Assembly: GCF_001194135.2 (NCBI RefSeq)
Contig: NC_068991.1
Location: forward strand, 55,042,421 to 55,083,817
DNA from: Octopus bimaculoides
Lineage: Eukaryota
Direction: 5' to 3'
Length of the DNA stretch: 41,397 bases
Shown here: piece after piece, positions 11,513 to 22,620 of the stretch
Position numbering within the stretch: position 1 is the stretch's first letter
How the letters are laid out: each line of letters opens with the position of its first letter
Notes under the pieces: generated by a model
What the model was told of the DNA's origin: nothing
What the model saw: only the letters and a program-made list of their open reading frames with translations
The model's database searches: none
Program-made: the position numbers and the translations under genes

Positions 11513-11526
11513 CGCTCTTCCGATCT
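11513..11526 (+). other. Illumina adapter remnant (assembly artefact)
   Basis: CGCTCTTCCGATCT, the 3' end of the TruSeq/PE adapter, sits exactly at the gap edge. Confidence 0.85.
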
Positions 11527-12940
11527 TTGATAATCACCAGCAGATGTTTGGAAACAGTTGTGCACAATGTGTATACCACAGTGATAGATGCCACTGAGGT
11601 CCTTTTCAAGTTTGGTTTTTAACCAGCTAAATGTATTTTTTTTGTTTTTGCATTTTACACCACCAACACAATTTGTGTTACATTTGGCTCAACAATATCC
11701 AGTAACATTATTCTATTAACTTGTATTTGTCAATAATTTGTAAACAAAGATGTACTTGCTTGGCAAATGATTTGACCTTTGGCCTGAGAATGTTACATAT
11801 ATTAGTTTTTAATATATTACATATATTAGTTTTTCAAAAACACACAAAGACTCTTAACTTCACTTAAACTTTTATTATTTGATGCCAAAATTTAATGGAT
11901 AAATGTTTAAGCGAAGTTAATAGTTTTTATGCATCTTTGAATTTCTAATAAATGTCGTCCACACTGTAATTGCTCAGGTTCACTAGATATGTAGTGTTGA
12001 ATAATGTGAGGTATCATTTTAAACACATTTTCAGTTTAAAACATCTCTAGTAATTATCATAAAGTTTGCCCTCATTTAATTTTTTTGTTTTTTTTGTTAG
12101 AAAACTCATATTTAACCATTAGTGCAATGACATTCATTATTACAGTTTTACATTTTGTTTGCACCAGACAAAACTTTGGTTCGAAAAGTTTTTGAACCAA
12201 GTTTGACATACAGTCAGATGTCTTGATAATCATGTCATGTGAAATTGAATGAAAAACAAAGGTGGTTTCTCTGGCAGTAACAGCTATTTCTGACCTAAGT
12301 ATTTGTTGGCACTCCGTCGCTTACGATGTCGAGGGTTCCAGTTGATCCAATCAACGGAACAGCCCGCTCGTGAAATTAATGTGAAAGTGGCTGAGCACTC
12401 CACAGACACAGGAAGTAAGAGTGAGAGAAAGTTGTGGTGGAAGAGTACAGCAGGGTTTGCCACCATCCTCTGCCGGAGCCTCGTGGAGCTTTAGGTGTTT
12501 TCGCTCAATAAACACTCACAATGCCCGGTCTGGGAATCGAAACCACGATCCTATGACCGCGAGTCCGCTGCCCTAACCACTGGGCCATTGCGCCTCCACT
12601 GACCTAAGTATGGCAAACTAGCAACAATCTACTTCCCTGGATTCTTTGTAAATGGTCTTTCATATCCACAGAGGATTCTATAAAACAGTGATCATACTTT
12701 ACCTTAACCCGAAAAAGGATTTTATTTTTTAAATAAGTTAAACTTCCTAAAATTTTTTGTAAATGTGCATGCTCTTTTGAAAAATATAGAGGTTTGAAAA
12801 ATGAATCAATGTAAAAATAAATCAAGCTTTTTTGAAATTTATCAAAATAAAGTCTGTAGTTTCTGTATACCAGTGAAAATGCATTCAACTTTCAGGGACT
12901 GAGTCCCTGTTCACAGGCCATATCTAAGTTGACTAGTCTG
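11527..12940 (-). mobile_element. hAT-superfamily transposase relic, interrupted by a SINE; 3' part lost in the gap
   Basis: ...SVDMKDHLQR (BED-like), AVTARETTFVFHSISHDM..SDCMSNLVQKLFEPKF..TKCKTVIMNV, YC*AKCNTNCVGGVK..FSWLKTKLEKDLSGIYHCGIHIVHNCFQT (CxxH-type region). Confidence 0.7.
12303..12598 (-). mobile_element. tRNA(Arg)-like-headed SINE type C with 13-bp TSD
   Basis: Head GGCGCAATGGCCCAGTGGTTAGGGCAGCGGACTCGCGGTC...GGTTTCGATTCCC (A and B boxes, TCG anticodon-like); TSD CTGACCTAAGTAT at 12290-12302 and 12599-12611; CpG-rich. Confidence 0.92.
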
Positions 12941-13012
12941 CAGATCATAGATTTATAGACTAATTGATCAGTTTAAATTGTGGACACCCTAAAATATATT
13001 TAACTGTTGACC

Positions 13013-14112
13013 TCATCATCATCATCGTCATTGTTGAACGTCCACTTTCCATGCTAGCATGGGTTGGACAATTTGACTGAGGACTGGCGAACCAGATGGC
13101 TGCACCAGGCTCCAATCTGATCTGGCAGAGTTTCTACAGCTGGATGCCTTTCCTAATGCCAACCACTCCAAGAGTGTAGTGGGTGCGTTTACATGCCACC
13201 GACATGAGGGCCAGTCAAGCAGTATTGGCAACGGCCAGGCTCAAGTGGTGTTTTTTACATGTCACCTGCACAGGAGCCAGTCCAGCAGCACCCGCAACGA
13301 CCTCACTCAAATATCTTTTTACGTGTCACCAGCACGGATGCTGGTCAGATGCTTTGGCAGCGATCACACTCAGATAGTGCTCTTAGCACTCCACTGGCAT
13401 GGGTGCCAGTTATCGAATTTGTGAATTTGATTTTATTTTGATTTCACTTGCCTCAACAGGTCTTCACAAGCAGAGTTTAGTGTTCAATGAAGGAAAGGTA
13501 CACATAAATGGGCTGGTTACACCCTTGGCATAGGTGACAGGTTATGGTCTCACTTGGCTTGCTGGGTCTTCTCACATACTGCATATTTCCAAAGGTTTCG
13601 GTCACGAGTCATTACCTAGGTGAGGCCTAATGTGTCATCATCTTATCCCGGGTCTTCCTGAGTCTACCTCTTCCACAGGTTCCCCCAACCGCTAGGGTGT
13701 GGCACTTTTCCACACAGCTATCCTCATCCATTCTCACCACATGACCATACCAGTGCAAATGTCTCTCTTGCACACCACAACTGATGCTTCTTAGGTTCAA
13801 CTTTTCTCTCAAGGTACTTACACTCTGTCGAATATGCACACTGACATTACACATCCATTGGAGCATACTGGTTTAATTTCTTGCGAGCTTACGCATGTCC
13901 TCAGCAGTCATGGCCCATGTTTCAATCCCATGTAGCATGGCTGTTCATACACATACGTCATACAGTCTACCTTTTACTCTGAGTGAGAGGCCCTTTGTCA
14001 CCAGCAGAGGTAAGAGCTCTCTGAACTTTGCCCAGGCTATTCTTATTCTAGCAGCTACACTATCAGTGCATCCTTCCCTGCTACTGACTTGGTCACCTAG
14101 GTAACAGAAGCT
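13013..14112 (-). mobile_element. 5'-truncated RTE LINE (ORF2 C-terminus, 3'UTR and (GAT)n tail)
   Basis: SFCYLGD...AWAKFRELLPLL...LHGIETW...LHWYGHVVRMDEDSCV...GRGRLRKT; 3'UTR ends in GAT repeats. Confidence 0.93.
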
Positions 14113-14221
14113 AAATGAAAACTATTTTGATTTATGATCTGGATGACCTGCTGTAGGTGCTCCAAAATAAAATCTGGAAATGAACAAAAGCTGCAAAATT
14201 TGGTGAAATGCAAATAGTATC

Positions 14222-14450
14222 CTGTTGCCAGTACCGCCTGACTGGCCTTCATGTCGGTGGCATGTAAAAGCACCCACTACACTCTCGGAGTGGTTGGCGT
14301 TAGGAAGGGCATCCAGCTGTAGAAACTCTGCCAGATCAGATTGGAGCCTGGTGTAACCATCTGGTTCACCAGTCCTCAGTCAAATCGTCCAACCCATGCT
14401 AGCATGATAAGCGGACGTTAAATGGTGATGATGATGATGATGATGATGAT
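14222..14450 (+). mobile_element. RTE 3'UTR/tail fragment
   Basis: About 90% identical by manual alignment to the reverse complement of 13020-13230; ends in (GAT)n. Confidence 0.9.
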
Positions 14451-14699
14451 GTGCATGTGCGTGTGTTTTGACTTTACTGTTAGAAAAGGTAGGAAAATCA
14501 CACTCCAACTATGACTACAACCATGACAACAGTATAAGCAGCCACAAAAGAAAGAAGTAAAGCAAAAACAAATGCAGAAACAAGAAAAGTTGTCAATAAT
14601 AAAATACAAACTCATTCCCACTTCCCTGTTTGCTCATAAACAACAAGAGTGATTTAATAGGGGGTAGGTAATAAATGATAAAGACATCTTCACCAAAGA

Positions 14700-14960
14700 A
14701 GTGAAAGTACATGACCTTGTAGTTAGTGTTGCACTTGCAATCTCAAGATTGTGGGTTTGATTCCTGGACTGGGCAATGCATCATGTTCTTGAGCAAAATA
14801 CTTCATTTCATATTGTTCTAATTCATTCAATTGTAAATGAGTACTCTTTTGATGGACTGGCATCTCGTATGGGGGCGTATATTGTGGTATCAGTCCCTCA
14901 TATACCATCCCAGACTGGCTAACCAGCTCTATGCATCCTATGACTGGAGACAGTAATGGT
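14700..14960 (+). mobile_element. Old tRNA-derived SINE (type D)
   Basis: Degenerate A box TGACCTTGTAGTT, B box GGGTTTGATTCC, followed by TTCTTGAGCAAAATACTT and GTAAATGAGTAC motifs. Confidence 0.65.
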
Positions 14961-14989
14961 GCAATGTGACAGTAATGGTCCATCTTATG

Positions 14990-15240
14990 TCTTCAGCAGA
15001 AGACATGAGATGTGAAAAACCAGTAATAGCAGCTGAGATACAAGAAGTAATGAGCAGTTGCATGAGGGGAAAATCACTCACTTTAAATGGTTTGTTCTAT
15101 GAGCTTTACAAATATGTGCTAGATGTGTTCAGTAACAACCGCCTGGTAAATGTCTACCACAATTGGAAACAGAATGAAAGAATTACCAGTTTTGTGAGCC
15201 AGGGATGATAACATTGCTGAGAAAGAATACTGACAAGGAG
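14990..15240 (+). mobile_element. L1/Tx1-type LINE RT N-terminal fragment
   Basis: EIQEVMSSCMRGKSLTLNGLFYELY...VYHNWKQNERI resembles the GKSPGxDGLPYEFY region. Confidence 0.7.
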
Positions 15241-15841
15241 ATGTAATTGATAACTTTCTATCAATAACTCATCTGAATGCAAAGAGTTAAGACAAAAGTA
15301 ATTTAGTTCTATAGGAGATTGTGTACACTATAAGTTGCTATAAATCACTATTTCGCTTGTGGTCATGAAAATGAAAGTTTGGTTTGTAATAAAACAGTAA
15401 AAACCTCACTGATACTAATTATATCAAACTCTACTTTTCTGGCCACTGAGATAAAAAAAACATGTGGTTTAAACTCAATATCTATTTTTCACCACAAGTC
15501 TTAAAATATGTGCTTACTGCATAACAAACATAAATTTAACTTACATCTCCCTCTCTCTCTTTTGTTCTTTCATATATGCGTGTTTTTATGTGTGAGTGAC
15601 AGATACAAAAAGCAGGGGAGAACGCTTGTTATCACAACATAATGAACATCAAGTTACTATTACATTACAATATTTTCCAAATCTCTTTCTCTCATTCTTT
15701 TAGATCTGTGTTCCTCCCATCATTCCCTCATTATATCTGTTTTATTCACCATGATTCTAATTCAGTTCCTCACTCTGTCCCCTTATAACTTTTATACAGA
15801 TGCACTCTCACCCAAAGCTCTTTTTTTACTCTGATCACATA

Positions 15842-17092
15842 TAGGGGTTGGACAAAATCATGGAAACACCTTAAAATTTCAAACAAATTTATTTTAATAT
15901 GGGGTAGGACTGCCTTTGGCAGTAATTACAGCTTGAATTCTATGAGGTATGGACTCATACAAAGTTTGAATTGTTTTCAAAAGAATTTTTGTCCATTCTC
16001 CAGCTAAAACAGTCTACACTTCTTGTAGTGATGATGGTGGAAGATATCGACTCCTTACTTGTTTTTCTAAAATGCACCAAAATATTCAATAATATTGGGA
16101 TCTGAGGAGTGTGGTGGCCAGATAAGATGTTCAACTTCACTAGAATGTTCCTTGTGCCATTCAGTAACAACTTTAGTTGTGTGAATTGGTGCATTATCAT
16201 CCTGAAAGATTGCGTTTCCTTCCAGAAACAGTTCTGCAACCATAGGATGAAATGCTTAAATAGTCTTGACTATTAATTCTGCCATTAAGGGAAACCTTTG
16301 GGCTGGCAGATTTCCAAGATATAGCACTGCAGATCATCACAGATCATCCTCCATGTTTAACAGTTGGAAGAAGGCTGTCTGGGTCAAATGCTTCTTTTGG
16401 CTCCACATGTATACTCAGTCCATGGTCAGAAATAAGGTAAAGGATGATTTGTTCGAGAAAATAACATTCTTCCACTGTGCTGGGGACCAATTCTGTAGGA
16501 TTTTACTCCACTCTAAATGCTTTGCAATGTTTGTTTTTGAAAGTAGTGGTTTTCCGATTGCAGCCCTCCCGTGAAGTCCAGCTTTGTGCAGCTCCCGGTG
16601 AACAGTCTTTGTGGAAACTGGATTCTCAAAGTGGTCATTAAGCTCTGCAGTAATTTTGGGAGCTGTACTCTTGTGATCCTTTCTAATGATTTGCGTAAGA
16701 GTCCAATGGTCCCTATCTGAAAGTTTTGGTTTTCTTCCAAATTTTGTTTCAATGAGGAGATTTTTCCCTCTTTCTCAAAGGCTGTCGTTACTTACAAGAC
16801 AGTACTTCTTGATATACCAAACATTTCAGCTGTTTTTGTTATGCTAGTACCTGCCATATGAGCACCAACAATTTGACCTCGTTGAAAGTCCGATAGATCT
16901 GTCATTTTAATGAATTTTAATTACCTTTTTCTGATGATATCTGAAAAGAAACAGCAATTTTAGCAAAGCATATTAAGCAACACTAATAATAAATCAAAAA
17001 ACAAAAGTAAACAAGCTTTTGATGGTTTTATAGATATTTCAAAATTATGGTGCTATGATGCTAGGTGTTTCCATTATTTTGTTCGACCCCTG
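15842..17092 (-). mobile_element. Full-length but disrupted Tc1-like transposon (1251 bp)
   Basis: TIRs (T/C)AGGGGTTGGACAAAATCATGGAAACACC and its reverse complement, TA on both flanks; transposase from ATG 16905 (MTDLSDFQRGQIVGAHMAG...) with stops and frameshifts. Confidence 0.95.
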
Positions 17093-17241
17093 TACATACA
17101 TAAGGAAATGATATTGGTACCTCTAGTATAGGTATCCCAGTAATAAGAAAACTGAAAGTCAATGAATGTTATTTATCATCTTTGATAGCATAAAATATGT
17201 TCAGCTGTACATATTCAGGAAAAATGATTTTAGTGCATTAA

Positions 17242-17421
17242 CCTTCTAGCATTTAAACCGACCATATCTAGCCTAAATATTTTACCTGTTTTATACTCAA
17301 ACTGGCCAGATCTGGCCGCTCATATCTACCCTACAATGCCATTCTAAAATTATACAATCTTATCAAAACAATGTGAATAAATAAGCATCATATTTGGCAG
17401 AATAATTTGGATGTTAATAGG
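17242..17421. mobile_element. piggyBac-like MITE
   Basis: TTAA at 17238-17241 and 17422-17425; imperfect termini CCTTCTAGCAT / ATGTTAATAGG. Confidence 0.65.
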
Positions 17422-17631
17422 TTAAAGCCTGTAATATAGGTCTAGCTTTGCATATAGGACCTGGGGGATGTTTTGTAGACATCATTTTGGAAAAAACAAT
17501 CCCTCAAATACAGTAAATATTGTAGAAATGACTCAGTGAAATCGTAAATTGTGTACTGGAAGTAGAAACCAGAAAATTTTCTGAATAAATGATTATTTTT
17601 TTATCTATTTGAACACATGAACTTTACATAC

Positions 17632-17739
17632 CATCTGTCTGAAGTTATGATAACTATGGCAACATTCCTCAAATAGCCAATAATTTTATGAAATCTTGCT
17701 AGATTTATGAAACTAGGTTTTGTAACACTGATGGCAACC
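17632..17739 (-). CDS. Candidate 108-nt host-gene exon (phase 2/2)
   Basis: Pyrimidine-rich acceptor ttcactcctcctgcattatag, donor ATG|GTATGT, one open frame VAISVTKPSFINLARFHKIIGYLRNVAIVIITSDR; lies in non-repeat sequence. No homolog recognised. Confidence 0.3.
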
Positions 17740-17959
17740 CTATAATGCAGGAGGAGTGAAACAGAATTGGCCTTTGCCAAGCACACAATGGACTTTCAGA
17801 AAAAAATTCTTCCTGCAGTGTCATATAAAAAGCTTATTATTTTTAACAGCTTTGTCCCTTAAACAAGGCTTGGGGGTTACTGTAATATAAGGGGCTACAA
17901 AAAAGGTTAAAAAGGGGCCTAGAAATTTAAAAGATATCAATTTAAAGAAAGCTTATAAT

Positions 17960-18560
17960 ACTGAATATCACAGATCAAAGGAAAACAAGATGATGGTAAT
18001 GAGTTCCAGAGAGCAGCAATTTGAAGAGAGGAGCTATTAGAATAATATTAGAATAACCATAACTTATGATTAACAGAAAGCTCAACAGAGAAACTATGTG
18101 CCTGGGAAGGGAAACAGATGACACATTTAAATGTCTTGACCAAGGGTACTAGACCAGAAAGTTCATCAGAACAATTCTCATGGAAATACTTATCGGAAAG
18201 ATACAACAAAGATTCATTTCAACAATAAGCAGAACCCTCCAACCAAGAGGAAAGGAGATGATCCACCATGTTAACAAAATTCTGAATTTTGTCAAGCAAG
18301 CTAAGACACTCAGAGGAAGCACTAGCCCAAAGATGACAGCAATATTCAATGCAAGATTTAATGGTAGCTTTAGAGAAATACATGATACTCTCAGGCATAA
18401 GAAATTTGTAAGTGCAGAGGTACTACATTTAACAAAGAACTTTAAAGTTTTAAGATAACCTCAGAAAATGGTATTTTTAGTGTGATTTAATGATACAGCA
18501 CATTGTATTAGAACCCATTAATTAAAAGTCACAAATGAATGTCTCAGCAGCTCTTCAATA
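17960..18560 (-). mobile_element. CR1/Jockey-group LINE ORF2 C-terminal relic
   Basis: LYKATIKSCIEYCCHLWAS...LLDKIQ...KYFHENCSDELSGLVP. Confidence 0.75.
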
Positions 18561-18599
18561 ACTTTTGACATAGGCTGATATGACCAGAGCAAAAGTAAA

Positions 18600-18609
18600 G
18601 GCACACGTG

Positions 18610-18646
<37 letters not shown>

Positions 18647-18790
18647 CAAGCTTTTTTCAGTTTCCTCAGTCACAAGGCTTTGGTTGGCCTGGGGCTGTAG
18701 TAGAAAACACTCTCCCAAGGTGCCACACAGTGAAACTGAATGCAAAACCATGTGATTCAGAAGCAAATTTGTTATTGCACAGCTATGTCT
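18600..18790 (-). mobile_element. SINE type A head (diverged) with (CA)n
   Basis: Homologous to 3830-3989. Confidence 0.75.
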
Positions 18791-18809
18791 GCACTCAATA
18801 CTGCACAAT

Positions 18810-20070
18810 ATTCTCATGAGGAGTTGAAATTTAAGATGTTACTTCATAACACAAAAGGAAAAGGAGTAAGTTACTATGTTAAAATGTTTCCTGTAAACCA
18901 ATCAAGTGGCCAAAAATAGTCTCCATTATGACTGATGGCGCCCTTAATATGATAGTTTGAAATGTTGAGTTTGTAAAGTAATTTACAGAAACTGTTGGTT
19001 CCCCCCCCCCCTTTCTTCCCTTTATATTACATATCAGGAAACACTGTACATAAAAGCTGGATTCAAAAATTTCAATATTGAAATGAAAGTTATGACAAAG
19101 ATAATCAATTTGATAGCAGTTACAGCTTTTGAATAAAGCAAAACTTAACAATAGTTAACAATAGTTTATTAATGTCCAATTATGTAAATGGTTATTGTGG
19201 TCAAGTATTGTTTTCATAAAACTGGATATAATTTATTCTTTTCATCGATGTACAATGGTTATTGTGATCAAGTATTTAGATGGTTTGTTGGATATTTTAG
19301 TCATTTTTCTCATTTAAATTATTATTTTTTGCTTTATAAACTAGTGTTTTTCATAAACATTTTATTGTATATGAATGAACTAAATATTAAACTGGTTTTG
19401 TGAAGTCTGTTGCTGAGACATTTGGCTTGATCAAAAGCTTGCAGAATGAACTTAACCTAATTCATAACAGCTTAGAAAGAAAACATTTTAAGTACTTCTT
19501 AAGTACAAAGAAGAAACCAGATGAAAGAATCTTAAACAACATGCAAGACAATTTATAGAAATTTTAAGGACATTAATTGAGCAGTTTTCTTAGAATTGCA
19601 CAATTCAGGAAATTCATCATTATTATTATAATCATTTAAAGTTCGTTTTCCCTGCTGGCATGGGTTGGATGGTTTGACAGGAGTCCCAATTGTCTGTTCT
19701 GGCAAGGTTTCTATGGCTGGATGCCCTTCCCAGTGCCAGTCACTTTACAGAGGGTACTGGGTGCTTTTTATGTGGCACCAGCACAGGTGTTTTTAATGTG
19801 GAACAAGCATGGGTGCTTTTTACATGGCACCAACACAGTTGCTTTCCACATGGCACCAGCATGGATGCTTTCTACATGGCACCAGCACAGGTGTTTTCTA
19901 TGAGGAACTAATATGAGAGACAACAATAGGGCTTATAAAATATCTTGATGAAGCAGATTTCATGGATGTGGAATTAGATGCATTTGTTCAGCTGAAGTTA
20001 AGAAAACAAAATTCATGACACTTGGAGCTGATTTAGAAGAAATGAAAAATGAATGTATGATTGTGTAATT
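18810..20070 (+). mobile_element. hAT (Buster/SPIN-like) transposase relic in several pieces
   Basis: KIVSIMTDGALNMI...FTETVG...ITYQETL..KAG; ELNIKL...; ...KFMTLGADLEE; interrupted by an RTE tail at about 19612-19905. Confidence 0.65.
19612..19905 (-). mobile_element. RTE 3'UTR fragment with internal tandem repeats of about 25 bp
   Basis: GCATGGGTTGGA and CTGGATGCCCTTCC motifs; repeats of GGTGCTTTTTACATGGCACCAGCA-like unit. Confidence 0.8.
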
Positions 20071-20380
20071 GTGGTTGAACATGCAGATTGTAAACTTCTT
20101 AGAAAAAATTGCTGGTGCTCTTTTAATTTATACTTGTTTCAGTCATTGGACTGCAGCCTTAAAGCAACCCCTGTACTTTTCATTTAATCTCTTTTACTGA
20201 ATCACTAAGTACAGGAATACAAACAAACCAACATTTGTTGGCAAGTAATGGTGGTGAACATACGCAAACACAAATACACACACATACACACACACATGCA
20301 CACACACACATGCACACAGACACACACATGCACACACACACATGTATGCATTTTTGTAAGTGTGTGTATATATATATGTG

Positions 20381-20440
<60 letters not shown>

Positions 20441-20556
20441 TAGGAAATAGTGGCACAACAAGGAACCAATTTTTGCTGGAAATAGCAGTCAATAACCATT
20501 TGACACTAGGTAAAGCTTCATTGAATGTATAGAGGCAAAAGTGTGTGCAGGCATGT

Positions 20557-21456
20557 CATAAAATATATTTGCCAACTCTAGAGGACGTTGTTCCTGTTGT
20601 TTTTAGCCCCAGGATGACATTTCCTCCAGCTGGCCAATGACACACAGTTTGTGTCCAATTAGTATTTGCGAGGGAGGTCATCACTCCCATTTCTAGCCTC
20701 ATGTGATACATGCAGACCCGGGTTTCTGCATGGTTACCTGTTTTCAGTGTATGTTAATCACTGGCTGGTGATGAAGAACTCACTACTATATCCTTTTTCT
20801 AGCAACACACTGTCGCTGATTTTATAAAGAGAGAGATAAGTTATATTAAATCTCTGAGCAAAAGTTAAACAGTAAGAGTACAGAGTCGTAAAATATATTT
20901 GCCAGCTAAATGTGGTAGTCCTATAGAGGATGGTGTTACTGTTGTTTTTAGCCTCAGTAAGACATCTCTTCCAGCTGGCCAACAACACCTAGTCTGTGTC
21001 CAATTAGTATTTGTGGAGGAGATCATCATTCCCATCTCTAGCCTTGGCAAATATATTTTATGATTCCATACTGTTACTGTTTATCTGTTGCTCAGAGATC
21101 TAATATAACTTATCTCTCGCTTTACAAAATCAGCAACAGTGTGTTGCTAGAAAAAGGATATAGTATTTTGCGAGTGGAATGAGCTCTTCATCACTAGCCA
21201 GTGATTAACACACACCGAAGATGAGTCTGTGTGTATCATGTAAGGCTAGAGATGGGAGCAATGACCTCCCTTGCAAATAGTAATCAGACACAGACTGTGT
21301 GTCATTGGCCAGCTGGAGATGTTTTTCTGGGACTAAAAACAACAGTAACACCATCCTCTATAGAACCACCACATTTAGTTGGCAAATATATTTTACAATT
21401 CCGTACTGTTAATGCTTATCTCTTGCTCAGAGATTTAATATAACTTATCTCTCTCT
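20557..21456. repeat. Array of a unit of about 330 bp with an internal inversion (foldback)
   Basis: Forward A-B-C-A (20557-21043) abuts reverse-complement C-A-B-C (21456 to 21044); shared anchors include CCAGCTGGCCAA, TTAATCACTGGCT and GAGAGATAAGTTATATT. Confidence 0.85.
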
Positions 21457-21489
21457 ATATGTATATGTGTGTATCTATCTATCTATCTA

Positions 21490-21526
<37 letters not shown>

Positions 21527-21741
21527 GTATGTATGTATGTATATATATATATGTATGTATACATGTATATGTATACATACATACATGTGCATGTATATAC
21601 ACACACACGCACATGCGCGCACACACACATATATTTAGACACATATATATATATATATAATTAGAAGAGAAAATGGGATTAAAAAATCCTTGCAAATCAA
21701 TAAAGCTCTCAGTATTGAAAGAATGGTTATAAATGATAAGC

Positions 21742-21878
21742 TTTTTTCAGTCTCCGTCTACCAAATCCACTAAGAAAGTTTTGGTCTATCTGGAGTTATA
21801 GCAGAAGATACCTGCCCTAAGTGCCATGGAGTGGAACTGAACTGTGACTGAGAAGCAACCTTCTTACCTCATAACCAC
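21742..21878 (-). mobile_element. SINE type A head (diverged)
   Basis: TCTACCAAATCCAC...GAAGATACCTGCCCTAAGTGCCATG homology to 3840-3989. Confidence 0.7.
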
Positions 21879-22390
21879 ATTAAAATTCTTGCAAGTGATT
21901 TTGAAGCATTTTCACACGAATACATTCATGTGAAACATTGTTTACAGCGTAAAATTATATTTAAAAAATCCAAAAGAGAAATAGAATTAGTGGTGAGTTG
22001 AATGCTGTCTGTGTTGCATTTAAATATATAACTAAAGCCTTCTTATACATACTACACTATATTCCACCTACAAAGCAACTGCCTTCTCAAACCCACCAAC
22101 AAATATGCTATAAGATTTAAGACAACATTTAAAATTTTATTTTATTATCCTAGTTTTGTAAATATATTTTGAAATTTCAAGTCATGTTTTATCAAAGTTA
22201 AAATTTCTCTTAATATTTTCAAAACTAGGTCATTTATATGTAAGTATGTATTTGAAACTAGAATATATGTAAGTGAGACTTCAATACAAGGATTGTGCAG
22301 AAAGTTATAATTTAAACTTGCTGCTCTAAAAAATTTCATAATCACTGGTGTAATATCTACAAAAACAGAAATCTAGTGTATCACATAATA

Positions 22391-22620
22391 CATTAGGTTG
22401 GGAAGAAAGTCCTGTTGTATATCATGATGAGAGAGAAACAAATGCTTCTTTGTTCTTGTTTGATATATTTAATCATGATAATACTTCCTCTCATTATTTA
22501 TAACATAGTCTCATCTATTTGGAAAAGTGCTGATCCGTTGCATATAAAATTCCCCACATTTTGAAGCAAAGAATTCCGAGCACGTTTCTTGGGTCACTCA
22601 CTCAACAACTTTATAGGATC
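22391..22620 (-). mobile_element. Mariner 3' fragment
   Basis: TIR-like TTAGGTTGGGAAGAAAGT; minus-strand EFFASKCGEFYMQRISTFPNR*DYVINNERKY. Confidence 0.65.

Noticed and set aside
12530-12598. tRNA-Arg gene
   Set aside because: No acceptor stem or 3' end; it continues into a SINE body flanked by a TSD.
19760-19905. CRISPR-like repeat arrays (also 35101-35190 and 33468-33530)
   Set aside because: No unique spacers, no cas genes, eukaryotic context; these are tandem repeats within or between retroelements.
20180-21695. YIYI/HTHT/CVCV-rich ORFs here and elsewhere
   Set aside because: Translations of microsatellites.
21948-21992. Plus-strand 45-nt exon candidate RKIIFKKSKREIELV (tttacag / GTG|GTGAGT)
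   Set aside because: Good sites, but I found no convincing plus-strand partner exons; kept only as an alternative to test with RNA-seq.
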